Source: Xylographa opegraphella (lineage: Eukaryota). Taken from it: a stretch of 64,000 nucleotides of DNA. Of this stretch, positions 48,369 to 59,398 are shown one piece after another. The position numbers and the translations under genes are program-made. Numbering within the stretch: the first letter of the stretch is position 1; every line of letters begins with the position of its first letter. The notes under the pieces were generated by a model, which saw only the letters and a list, made by a program, of their open reading frames with translations, was not told where the DNA came from and did not search any database. Location: NCBI GenBank assembly GCA_022813865.1, contig JALDZX010000022.1, forward strand, positions 1 to 64,000, written 5' to 3'.

Positions 48369-51300
48369 ACTCACCGTCTCTCATGTGTGACTCGACCAAC
48401 GAACACGTGGGGCGGTCGGGACTACTTGCTGTACGTACGGCGTTGGGAGCCGCTGCCGGTAAAGCTTTACGACTTTCCTCACGCACACCTTTCAAGTTAT
48501 GACGACTCTCCTTTTGAATCAATCAGAAGAATAGACTGCTTGAGGTTTCCACATCGATGGATGACTAATGCAATCTTTCTTTCTCGCTGCACGTGAAGGA
48601 CTGGTAAACTCATATAACTTCGATGTTCACGGTTCACTATCTGCTTGAAGCAATCATACACGCAGATTGTTGTCGTGTGTCCTCTGCCATCTGCCCAACT
48701 GCGCCAAATTCATTCATCTTTCGAAGCAAACGTGATCTTTATGATCATGTGCATGGCTCTTCTCGGTTATTGTAATGACCGACTCACGAATCTTCTGCAT
48801 AATATCACCAATGCTCTCTTGTTCATTCTTGTCGTCTTCTTCCACTGTCTAAGTACCCATAATCATCACCGCCGCCATTCTGTCGTCTGTACAGCCGTTT
48901 CTGACTCCTAACTGCCTCTCAATCGTTGCAGCATTTGCCCTGCCAAGTATATCGGAAAGCTTGGTTCTCTCCGTGGGATACGCTCGCATAGTCAATGTCG
49001 ACCGGATTGAGCTGGGTTACGATTTCTTGTGTGAGGCGCGCTGATCACTCCGAAACGCTCCGTCTCTCGATGTGTCTTTTACACACTTCCAGATCATCAT
49101 TCCCATGCTTGCTTACTGTATTTTTCGTTTCCTCTCCGTTCACGGTGGTTCCGTCCGTGGTTTTCGAAGTGCTTGTCTCTTTCATGTGTGGGTTGCAAGA
49201 TTGCTTGTTTCATGGTATATATGAGTGTGGCAATTTGTATGGATGATATTGGCTTTTGGGCGTGGCGAGTAGCACCACCGAGCCGAAGGCAGAAGCGGGA
49301 TGGGATTTGCTCACCGTCATTGCGGCAGAACCACTAGCGCACCTTAGAAGTCTTCGCCGTATCAATTAGATCTTCCTGACGAAACAGTCGGCGGGGACTT
49401 CAACGCTGTTTTGTCCTGCGCGAGCGACCGGTCGAGACTTCCTTATCTCCGTGGCTTACGTTCCGTCTGTCGGCAAAGTCTACAGAACCAGAACCTTCTC
49501 GTGGATTATTGATACCACTTCATGCACTTGCGGCCCTTTACCGCAGCTGGAGGTAGGCAGCCGAGCACTACAAGGAAGCATCACCGGTATCTGCCGGCAC
49601 AACACTAGTGGAAGGAGGCAGGTGTTCGCGGGTAGCGCGTAGGTGAATGGGTACGATGGGGTGCTGTCTTTTATATGGTAGTCTGCCACGATTGCAGAGA
49701 AATACTGCTGTGGATGGGGGGCATGTGCTGAGGTTGGTTGTTGTACTAACCGGGTGGAAGTTGCATTGCAGTTGTGTGATTGGGGTTATACGATTTGCTA
49801 CGAAATGTGCTACGAGATCCAGCGCTTAGGGGAGTATATGTTGGGAGAATTGTTGCCGAACCTATTCACTCTGTCTGCTGCCGGACGGAGTGGCGTCCTT
49901 CCGTCAAATGCCGTGAACGCGAATCCGGGAGCGAAAGGTTTGGACAATGGCTATATAGAGAAAGGATCCCGAAGGCCTTGGAGAAGAGAAAGACAAAGAT
50001 TATCGGCCTGCGCAGGGGATTGCAGAGGAAGAGGAAGTGCTCGAATGAGGCCGAGATCACAAGGGCGGTACGTGGTCCGCAACTGGACCTTCGCAAATGT
50101 TATCGGACGCTGGCTCGACGATCCTCTGGCACACTATTTATCTTGGGGGTGTTACGTTTTGCACCTTGGTAATGGATTGTGATGGTGGTGATGAGCTTGG
50201 GGACCCTTTAGCAAGCAAGATATATCACCGCTCCTGGATGGCTTGCGCGACCTGGGTAGGTAAGTAGCGACAAGCGTACTGTCGTATAGTACGGACGTTG
50301 CGCTGGTGCGCTGGCCGCCAACCCGTTGCTAGAACAGCTTTCGATCACACAGAGCTGAAAACGCACCAGGGCGTGTGAGCCCAGAGGTCCAGTCTCGCTT
50401 TGTCGTGAGGACTTGATACCGATGGATGCGGCGAGGTTCTGATTACTTCAGCATGATCGTGTTTCTGCTCGAGCTAAGGAAGGATACAGAAGACTAGGTC
50501 GCTTTGCGTACGATTACCTAAACGTCGAAACGCGTCTCGGGTAGTATTTCTGGTGAGATGTGCCTGGATAGGAACGACGTCGTGGAGTGTTTTTATACCA
50601 GCTTTGGCTTGCGTGGGCTATCGAGCTTATCGAAGGACCGAGGAAAAATCCTGACGGAGAGGCGGTGTGTATAACGCGAACAAGGGAACAGTCGGCCATT
50701 TCTATTCATTTTATTGCTTTGGGGATTTGGGACTTATATCGGGGATGAAAATTTCTGGAGAACAACCGAACTCCCTGGGATGGGCATTGGCTCGCCGCTC
50801 ATGCCGAAAGAGATCTACCTACGTTGGATAGGATGCTCATACGCCTTTCTCGCCATTGCCAGGCTCAGGTGCTTTGCGGGTCTCGTGCAATGGATTACTT
50901 ATGACTTGGTAGTCGTTGGGTGGCCTACCTTACCTCGCGGATGGATTTCTCAGATGATAACGTGGTCGACTAGCATTGCTCGCTTTATCTTACTGGTATA
51001 TTAAGACTATAAAATGCTGAAGGAGTTTGATCTTCGTTCATGGCGAGGGATGCGGAGAAATGAGTGGCCCAGCAGCAGAAGATGGCTAATAGCGAGTTTG
51101 ATATGTATCGTCACCACATGCGATTCCCGCTGAATAAGCCCTTTACAAAGTACTGGCGCCGGTGGTTTCCTCCGGCTGGTGAAAAGAGAGCTATTTGGAT
51201 GTGGGCTTCGAACATGCGGCTGATGCGCGTATCAGTCGTGGATCTTGAACGCAGAACTTCTCGTGGATCTTTGAATGCAGAACTTCTTCTTTGCCGAGAC

Positions 51301-54300
51301 TCGAATCTCTCGGGTGCGCTTTTCTACCATACAGGATTGTCACTTTACCAATATATTCAAAAACGGCGCGGGGACTGCAAGTCACGGGTGAACGCTCAAT
51401 GCGCCAAAGCCAACGCACGTGTGCCCAGCTCAAACGGCAGAAACAACCGCCGCTGGAATCCCGTAAAAAAGATACATCACGTACCGAGCAATCTTTCTCG
51501 TCGGAAGATCTAGCGGGGTAGAAGCTCAGGAGAGCTTCGAACGCTGTCTTGTTCCTTCGCCAATGCCTTATTGTGTAGGCTGCATCAGTCTCGCACATAC
51601 AGGATTTTCAGCACGTATCATGAGACTGATAACGGCGAATATTTACTGCGCTGTGGAAACGACACGGTTGAGTCTCACGCCTTGGGCTCCGTCGTCTGGG
51701 CTGCGTTGACATTTTGGTAGCATTGTTGTACCCACCAGATTCATAACCATTGGAATTTTTCTTGATTCGCTAGGCTTCAACAACCAGGTATAAATATCGG
51801 ATCTGCTACTTTTCTCTATCCAAGTTGACCTCACCGGCTCTCTCGCCTTTAACTGTTTGGAATAACCTCATCTGTCCTTTTGCTTTTCACTTGTTACTTG
51901 GCCTTGTTCTCCAGACGGTCGGAAGGATCTTCTTACTCGGTATATAGCTACTCATGGTCGGCAAAGTTTTCGCTACAGCTTGTTGTATCGAAGATGCTCA
52001 CATGATATTACTTGGCTGGATACGATCGAGCAGGAGGGGCATCATATGACAGCTGTCTATATCAGAAGCCCCAATCAAAAAGTCAGCAACCCGGTGACAG
52101 CAGTTTCTTTCGTCACATTGACCTGAATATCCCACTAGTCATTTGCCGACTCCAGAAGGGAAAATCTGATTCAGGGCTCTGTCTCGGCCGATCGTCAGGT
52201 CATTCGGATCGATAACAAGCTCTGGACCCCGGCAGATGCGAAGAAGTACCGCTTGAGCTTTCGCACCTAGGTATGTTCGGTTGGTCAGGTACGAATTTCA
52301 CTCGTCCGTTTACCTATGGAGCCAAAGGTCCCAGTTACCCGTGTTCGACAGACTGTTTTGCCTTGGTACGTAGGAATTCAGGAGGACCATGAGCAAGTTA
52401 CATCCATCGTACATGATGGCGCGGCCTCAAGACGATGGAAGTCGCCCTCGCAGACTACAGCCTTATATTTGAGTATCATTACAGGTTCGCGTCAGTGCAC
52501 TTTTCAACTTATTTTTACGGCTGTTCATTCCAAGCAACAGTATATACATGTATATCATCATATGTTTCGTCATCAGACCAAGTGTAGACTATGGTTCATC
52601 CTTTATTTTGTCCGCTTGTGGATTGTCGTTGGAACTATTGAAAGCCTACCTTGACGCTGGTCTCTTTCTCTCGATGATATCGCTATATTTGCACCGGATA
52701 TAGTGCAGGTCAATCTATGTCGCAGAACACCAATTGCTCTCAACGAGACCATGCCAGGAGCGGATCTGATTCACGTTAGCAGAATAGATGCATTCATCGA
52801 ACAGCAGAAGTCGGTGGGTTTTCTAAGCCTGGCGATTAGCAAAACACTCGAATTCCTATAAAAAGCAGATCGTCTGGCCATAGCGTTCAGCCGTGCTATA
52901 AATTCCTTGGTAGTATCCAATAACTACAGTTTCATCAAACAGCGTCGAGGTTACGATACCTTCAACACCGTGGTGGAATATTTCAAAAAGCATAAATGTG
53001 CATCGCTACTAAGATCTTGCAGAGCACAATGAACTGGTAAAAAATTTAAAACGAATCGAAAGCAATCTCCGCAGGACACCGTGGGCAGTGAGAGTTAGGA
53101 TGGATGGGCAGTTGAGATCCATCAAGTCAACCATGAAGACCTACCAGACAACCGAGACTTCTCACAAGCCATTAAGGCCAACGTTTCCGAAAACCTAAGC
53201 TCAGCTCAGCTACTTACTGCCGTTCGACGACCCCACCTATCGGGTACCCTCTCCTCGGAGTCGCCACCGGGATGTACCCGACCAGCACGGTAAGCTTTGA
53301 CTGTACGCGGCGCATCAGACGATGTGTAGACCTCCACCGCACTGGGAACTTATCAATTGGACGTATGTTACCAGCAGGCTGTACACTGCTAACGACGAAC
53401 GGCTCTTTCTCATGAAGCACGAGACGGGTAGAGCTTGACTACACCCGTTGAGAGTCGAGGCTGTAAGGATATCTCCATTCGAAACCACTGCTTTAACCCG
53501 GGGGTAGATGTATAAGCCAGAGCACGATCAATGCAAAACAAGAAGGAGACAGCAGTGTTGGAACGGATCATAGAAGAGCGTGTACCTCGTTTTGAGCAAG
53601 CTGATGAGTTCACAGGAGACTGCCACTTGTAAAGATACAGGCGGATATGTTTTTCGCAACTGGCATTATGCCACAGCATTGGTACGACTATCAGGTTAAA
53701 GGAGACAACGAATCAACTGCCGAAGAAGACATTGAATCCGAAGCCGGGCAGGAAGCCACCAACTACAATGAAAACGGCATATGGGCTCAGTATAGATATA
53801 ACGTGGATTACTACGAGCCATACATCGACCATGGAAATGAAGCTACAGCAAACTTCACCGTCCCTAATTAAAATTATAGAGTTATTAAGTGCGGACTATG
53901 CAAGCGCAACTTTACCATTAAGAATGAACTTTACAGATATTCTCGCGAGGAAATATGGTCCAAGCCTTCAGTAATAATACCATCCAATCCTGCGGAAGTT
54001 ATCAAAATTTTGTTTTACCTCATCTAAGGATCAGGTCTTTTCATCTCATTGAAATCCCGACACAGTGCTACCATTTGTTGCGAAAATGCATACGTGGCAG
54101 ATCAGGAGCTCCATCGACTATTGAAACATACACGTGGACAATATGTCTCGGCAAGTGAATAGCAAATTCAAACAGAAAATGTGTTGGCGGGAAAACTTCA
54201 GCATATCGAGTTGAGACCGAGGAAACAATGGAGAAGCCACTGTTGTATATGCTACGAGCAATTTGAAGGCAATGAGTTGGAAACGGTGCACCTCAATAAT

Positions 54301-56496
54301 GGAGACAATACAGAAATGGTAAAAGACTCAAAAGAATGCTCCTCACTTAGCCTGGCGCCATGACGGAGGTCGGCCTGCTTGTCCTCGACGAGCTTCAGGA
54401 AGTACGAGGTGTCATGTCTGGTATGTTTTCTGTCTTGATGCATTTGATTGCCTGGTCTCGGTGACATGTCTTCACCGGTGCTACGGAGAAGCACTCGCAC
54501 AGCAGCAGAATCGTGTTCTTATCCACTATTGGAATCTTTAATACATACACAGATCGATTGGTTTGGGTGAAGCGATAAAAGCTTCGGTGAGGTTGCGAAG
54601 GGCAAGAAGGCCTACCAGAGCTTGCTGTTACTGTTGTCGAAGGGAAATTATATGTGCACAGGCTTTACCAGTCTTTTCTATATATATATGACTTTGTATG
54701 GCTTCTGATGGATAAGATCAATGTCTTTATTACTCAGCTACTCATTTTGAATCTACAGCTAGATGTGGGTTGACGCGGGTGCTGTCGATATCGATGGGAC
54801 CCCATTGCAGGCAAAGGAGTGGACTTGCCCCTTATGTATTCATGCTTCAAGTTGGTAGCCTATTGTATTTCCATGTGTTCATATTCAAGTGGGTGATCTT
54901 TTACATTTTCATATATACCATTCTGCGCTCATATGTCCATGCCTTTGAATCTTGATGTCACTTGTGATTATTCTGTCGTTCTTTAGAAGCACTCATATCT
55001 CCTGCACTCTTTATGTTGGATCTTATCTGGACCCTGGAAATCAATCCTACAACTATCTCAACCTCACCAGGCCCACGCGCTTTTCAAACTCGCCGAGCAA
55101 GTCCATAAGAAAATACACTTCATGACAACATCGTCATCATCCTATTAGGCTCAGTCAATAGAGACCGTGCTGTTCAGATGTGCCCAAGCAGCGTCCTGGG
55201 AACTCGTACTCGCTCTGTACACATACGCTCAATGAATACAACGATCTCAATGACCCGATCAAGATATCAACTTCCGCTTCGCAGCAGTCATATCCAGAGC
55301 TGTCAATAATACCATACGCTACAGACTATCAGCTTTTGTCGGCTTCGACAGACGCTTCCGACATCTGGGACGGGATGGACCGCCGTATCGGGCGGCTGTT
55401 CGGCGACACGTCCAGCGGAACACACACACGGCTGTATATAGCGCACGTCGCAAAGCATGGGCGCCTCCCCACGAGGAAGCTGGCGATAAAAATCGCCGAG
55501 AGCCCAGAAGAAGTAGTGCGACTTATGGAGGAAGCCCGGTTGGCAACCCACCATCCATACGTGCTCGACTGTGCTCCAGACAGCCAGAATCGCACTATCT
55601 CTCAGTTTAAAACCCTCATTCGGCTTCGTTCCAATGGTAGATTGGAGCAGGACACTGCGAGAATGCAGAAACCATGGCAGAGCGTGGCCAGACGCACAAT
55701 GTCACCGGTGGTCCGCCTACAAGAGTACACGAATCAAGTCTGGCATTGAACGGGGAGGACGACGGACTGCAAGCCGAGCAGAGTGGGATGTTCGCTTTGC
55801 AGAAGCAATTGGCCGAAACGTGTCGTGGAGACTTTCGCTGCAGCGCCGTGGCTTCCACGGGAGCGAGCGGTAAGGGCTCGGGGAGCTGCTGTGGGTACTG
55901 TAGATATACGTTTGAAGTGCTGGATCCATCTGCCGTACCGACTGAAGCGGTAGTGGCATCGTGAGCAGAAGCACAGGATGCTGAAGAAGCACAGAACGCT
56001 GAAGAAGACGACAACTTGGAGAAGGGGCGGATGAACATGAATGAAGCTACATATTCATAGGCGATCATGCCATGCAACGCTTCATCATCTTCTTGAACGG
56101 TTAGCTAAGACCAAAACTAGCAAGATAGACAGACACCTGGCACGACCAGATCAACGACCACGGCTTAACCCTCATATTTACAGTGTAGATTCGCAATGGC
56201 ATTACAAGTGCAACTGAACTTTCCGTCCAGTCAAAGCGCTACTTCATCACTGGGCGACTCGTGCTGCTTCAGAACAACAATAATGATTTCCATGAGATGC
56301 GTGATGTTCCAAACGCTTGAGTCGCCAATATGCCGACTGTTCAAATTCCAGGTCCACATCCGCTAACCCTCCTTGACAAGCAAAACGTCCGATGCCAAGT
56401 CACACTCCTCGCTAATATCAATACCCCAAGACAGCTGTATTCAACAAGCCACGAACCCAAGTCAAATCCAGCCCAAGAACATCGCGCCGCTGGCCG

Positions 56497-58569
56497 TCAA
56501 CATTTTAGTACCATCCCAACCCACCAGTCCACAAACTCTTGCAAGCCCAATTGCCTCGACGGCGTCCCTCCGATCCCAACGACCTCTTTCCCCAGGCCCT
56601 CTCTTTCCCTCCACTCCTTCTCCGCTTTCTCCCCAGCTCGCCGCACAATCTCATCCTCATTCTCCGCCCGATACAGATCGCACCTGTCGCACTCCCCACA
56701 CGTCCCGCCGGCCGGTCGGAAATGCTGGCAGAAATGGCGGTAACCCTCGCCTTCGCCATCACCGCCGCCTTCCTGGGCCTGCGCTCGAAGTATGATGTTC
56801 ATTTCGTCAGCTGGCTGTCGAATGACGTTTTGCGCGGCTGACGTCTTACGCCCGAGGCCTTGACGGCATATATAGCACATAGTGTACCCACAGACGCAAA
56901 CCATCTTGTTGCAGCCACTGTCTTTGACAAAGCCGAGGCCGCATCTGGGGCAGGTGCGTTTGAGTGCAGCGGTCCTAGCGGCTTCAACGGTCGTTCGAAG
57001 GGAGAGTGTTGCAGATTCATGGCACATGTGCGGATCCTGCCAAGGCTTGTGGCATTGAAGACACGAGGTACGAAGACAGGATGGTGAACGGCATTTGAAG
57101 CGAGAAGACAGGTAGGTCTTACGAGTTAGCTTGTCGCAGGAGTGATTAAGCAGCACCGAAGGCGCAGGGAGAGCAAACAGCCGTGCAAGAATGGCATATA
57201 GACAAAGCAATCCAAGGAAGTTGAAAGACACGGCAAGTAGAAGCAGTGTACGAACAGGCCGCGAGGTATTGAGACCCCAGCCAAGACTGTTAGAGAGATA
57301 GAGCTCATCAGCCTCGGCGTAGTTGCAAAACGGGCACCGCACGAGAGGAACTTGTGCTTTGATAAGCGCTTGATCGGCTAGACGTGACTCCAGCTTCTTC
57401 CACATCTGCACTCCCCCTTTGGCGCTATGACCGATCGCTCGGTAGGCGAGTTCGTGGGGTATGCAGCCGTTGCAAGGTATGGGATCTGTTGGAGCTAAAC
57501 AAGCTATCTGACCTCGGGTATGATCAATATTGAGACCCCATGATTGGCCGTAGAGTGCCTCTGAAACTGCATGCTGTATACAGTTGAAGCAAATTATATG
57601 GGTACCCGTCGTGCAAGTCGCCATATGCTCAAATGTCGTCTCTGAAAAGCAGCACTCGCACTCGTAAAGAGCACTGGCTTCTTCTGCCTCTTGCTCGTTG
57701 AGGAGGGTTGCAAGCTCAACATTGATGGCCTCTTGTGCTTGATGGCGCTTCTCAAGTAAAGGTTTCAAGATTGTCCTGTAAAGCTCAGAGTCAAGTTCCT
57801 TGTTTCCGCTTTCTCGTAGACTGGGGATCGGAACTGACCCCCCTTCTGCAGTTTTCGTCCAAATGAGCATAAAGTGTTTGTCTGATACTTCTTGCGCAGG
57901 CTTTCGCCACTTGAGCAAAAACGTAGAGAAGCTACTCCTCCAACTCTTGCTTGCTAGCCCTAGCAGCACCGGCCTCGAAGAAGTGTAGTAATGATTTTGC
58001 TCGGCCAAAACTCCGTCTACTGTACTTCGATTTAGGGCTTTAAACTCTTGATACAACACAGTCCTCACTGCTTGCTTGTAGTTTTCTGAGCGGAACAGTT
58101 CGTGTACAGGCACTTGTATCCTATCTCGGCCATCACCCACATCTCCTAGAAGCTGCCGGATCTCGGAGTACTGCTGCGGAGCGTCCGATCGAGTGTCCAG
58201 TCTATTGATGCGCCATCGGCTATTGACCCACTTGGCCTGGTGTTTGATCAACTGCTCCGCTACTATGTGCAGTCGGCTGTCTCCACTAAATGTACCAAGC
58301 ATCTCTCGAAAGACCTCAGGACGAACATTCGGAAAAATGTCGGCAAGCACGAGAAGGGCGTTGTTGAGGTCCGCAAGACTGGCGAATTTCCTGGGAGCCT
58401 GAGTGAAGACATCCCCGGCAGATGCCAGGACGGTCGAGAGCTCAGTACTGGCTGATCGGATGGTCTTAGGGACGGATGTACTCGAAGATGGGGAACGGAA
58501 TTGTCGTCGGCGGCTTTCAGACGGTAACTGCTCGTCTGAGCGAGAGGAGCGAAATGCGGCGAAGACCAT
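56497..58569 (-). CDS. RBR (RING-IBR-RING) E3 ubiquitin ligase with a CUE-like N-terminus (RNF216/TRIAD3-like)
   Basis: LADIFPNV (CUE-like), ECECCF...HIICFNC, RCPFCNY, SCLQCHKPW..HMC, CPRCGLGFVKDSGCNKMVCVCGYTMCYICR. First in-frame ATG at 58569. Confidence 0.9.
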   Translation of the reverse strand: MVFAAFRSSRSDEQLPSESRRRQFRSPSSSTSVPKTIRSASTELSTVLASAGDVFTQAPRKFASLADLNNALLVLADIFPNVRPEVFREMLGTFSGDSRLHIVAEQLIKHQAKWVNSRWRINRLDTRSDAPQQYSEIRQLLGDVGDGRDRIQVPVHELFRSENYKQAVRTVLYQEFKALNRSTVDGVLAEQNHYYTSSRPVLLGLASKSWRSSFSTFLLKWRKPAQEVSDKHFMLIWTKTAEGGSVPIPSLRESGNKELDSELYRTILKPLLEKRHQAQEAINVELATLLNEQEAEEASALYECECCFSETTFEHMATCTTGTHIICFNCIQHAVSEALYGQSWGLNIDHTRGQIACLAPTDPIPCNGCIPHELAYRAIGHSAKGGVQMWKKLESRLADQALIKAQVPLVRCPFCNYAEADELYLSNSLGWGLNTSRPVRTLLLLAVSFNFLGLLCLYAILARLFALPAPSVLLNHSCDKLTRKTYLSSRFKCRSPSCLRTSCLQCHKPWQDPHMCHESATLSLRTTVEAARTAALKRTCPRCGLGFVKDSGCNKMVCVCGYTMCYICRQGLGRKTSAAQNVIRQPADEMNIILRAQAQEGGGDGEGEGYRHFCQHFRPAGGTCGECDRCDLYRAENEDEIVRRAGEKAEKEWREREGLGKEVVGIGGTPSRQLGLQEFVDWWVGMVLKC

Positions 58570-58735
58570 CTTCTTAAGGATGGCTGGCGTGTGGGCCCTA
58601 CATGCTGCTGGGAGTGAAAGACAGCTCTGTCCTTTCAGTCGAGAAGAGTGTGTAGGTGCAAAGACCAAGCTATCAAACAAGCCTCAGTCAAATTTGTAAT
58701 AATATTGTAAAATAAGAACTCTCTCGCTTAAAACA

Positions 58736-58890
58736 GGCCTGATGGTACGAAAATACGAAATCGAGTTGAGTTTGTCTCTTTGCTGACAATTTGCACAGGT
58801 CTAGTGGTATGATTGTCGCTTCGGGTTCGCCTGAGTATCTTAGATACTTAGATTTGTGACAGGCCCCGGGTTCAAATCCCGGTCAGGCCC
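58736..58890 (+). tRNA. tRNA-Pro(CGG) with a spliceosomal-type intron (58745-58798) and a canonical intron (58826-58854)
   Basis: Acceptor stem GGCCTGA/TCAGGCC (perfect), TG|GTCTAGTGGTATGAT, anticodon stem GTCGC/GTGAC with CGG at 58822-58824, T-arm CCGGG-TTCAAAT-CCCGG, discriminator C. Mature length 72 nt. T5 run at 58897. Confidence 0.92.
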
Positions 58891-59398
58891 TGAATATTTT
58901 TGTCGTCATTCTCGATCGCGGTACGACGGCGGTACATGGGCACTATCGTCTTTATTCACTGTTGAGAACAATGTATGCACTCACTATAGCCAGACAATCG
59001 GTAACTTTTTGCCAACCTAAACCAAGCGACAGTCCTTCTTTGGGTAGAAATGCCTGGGCGTCTTGACGATACAGATTATTTACGATCCATCGAGCTTGTG
59101 GAAACATCAATCGATTACGCTCTATTGGTCGTTGTGAATAACATCTATTTGAACGTGCGAAATGTGCAGCGCAGAGACGTAGTTTCATACTAGATACCTA
59201 TCATAAGCTCCATACGCGACGTTAAGGAAATGGGGTATTTTAGCAATAGCAACACCAGGAAATGCCATATCAATACAGTGATGATTTCCGTAAGCCATAG
59301 TCCTTCCGTGAAGCACAATATCATCTGCGAGATTCAGCAATAGTCCTCTAAACCATGACACCGTAGCTCCAGTCTTCAATAATATCAACATGCTGTAA

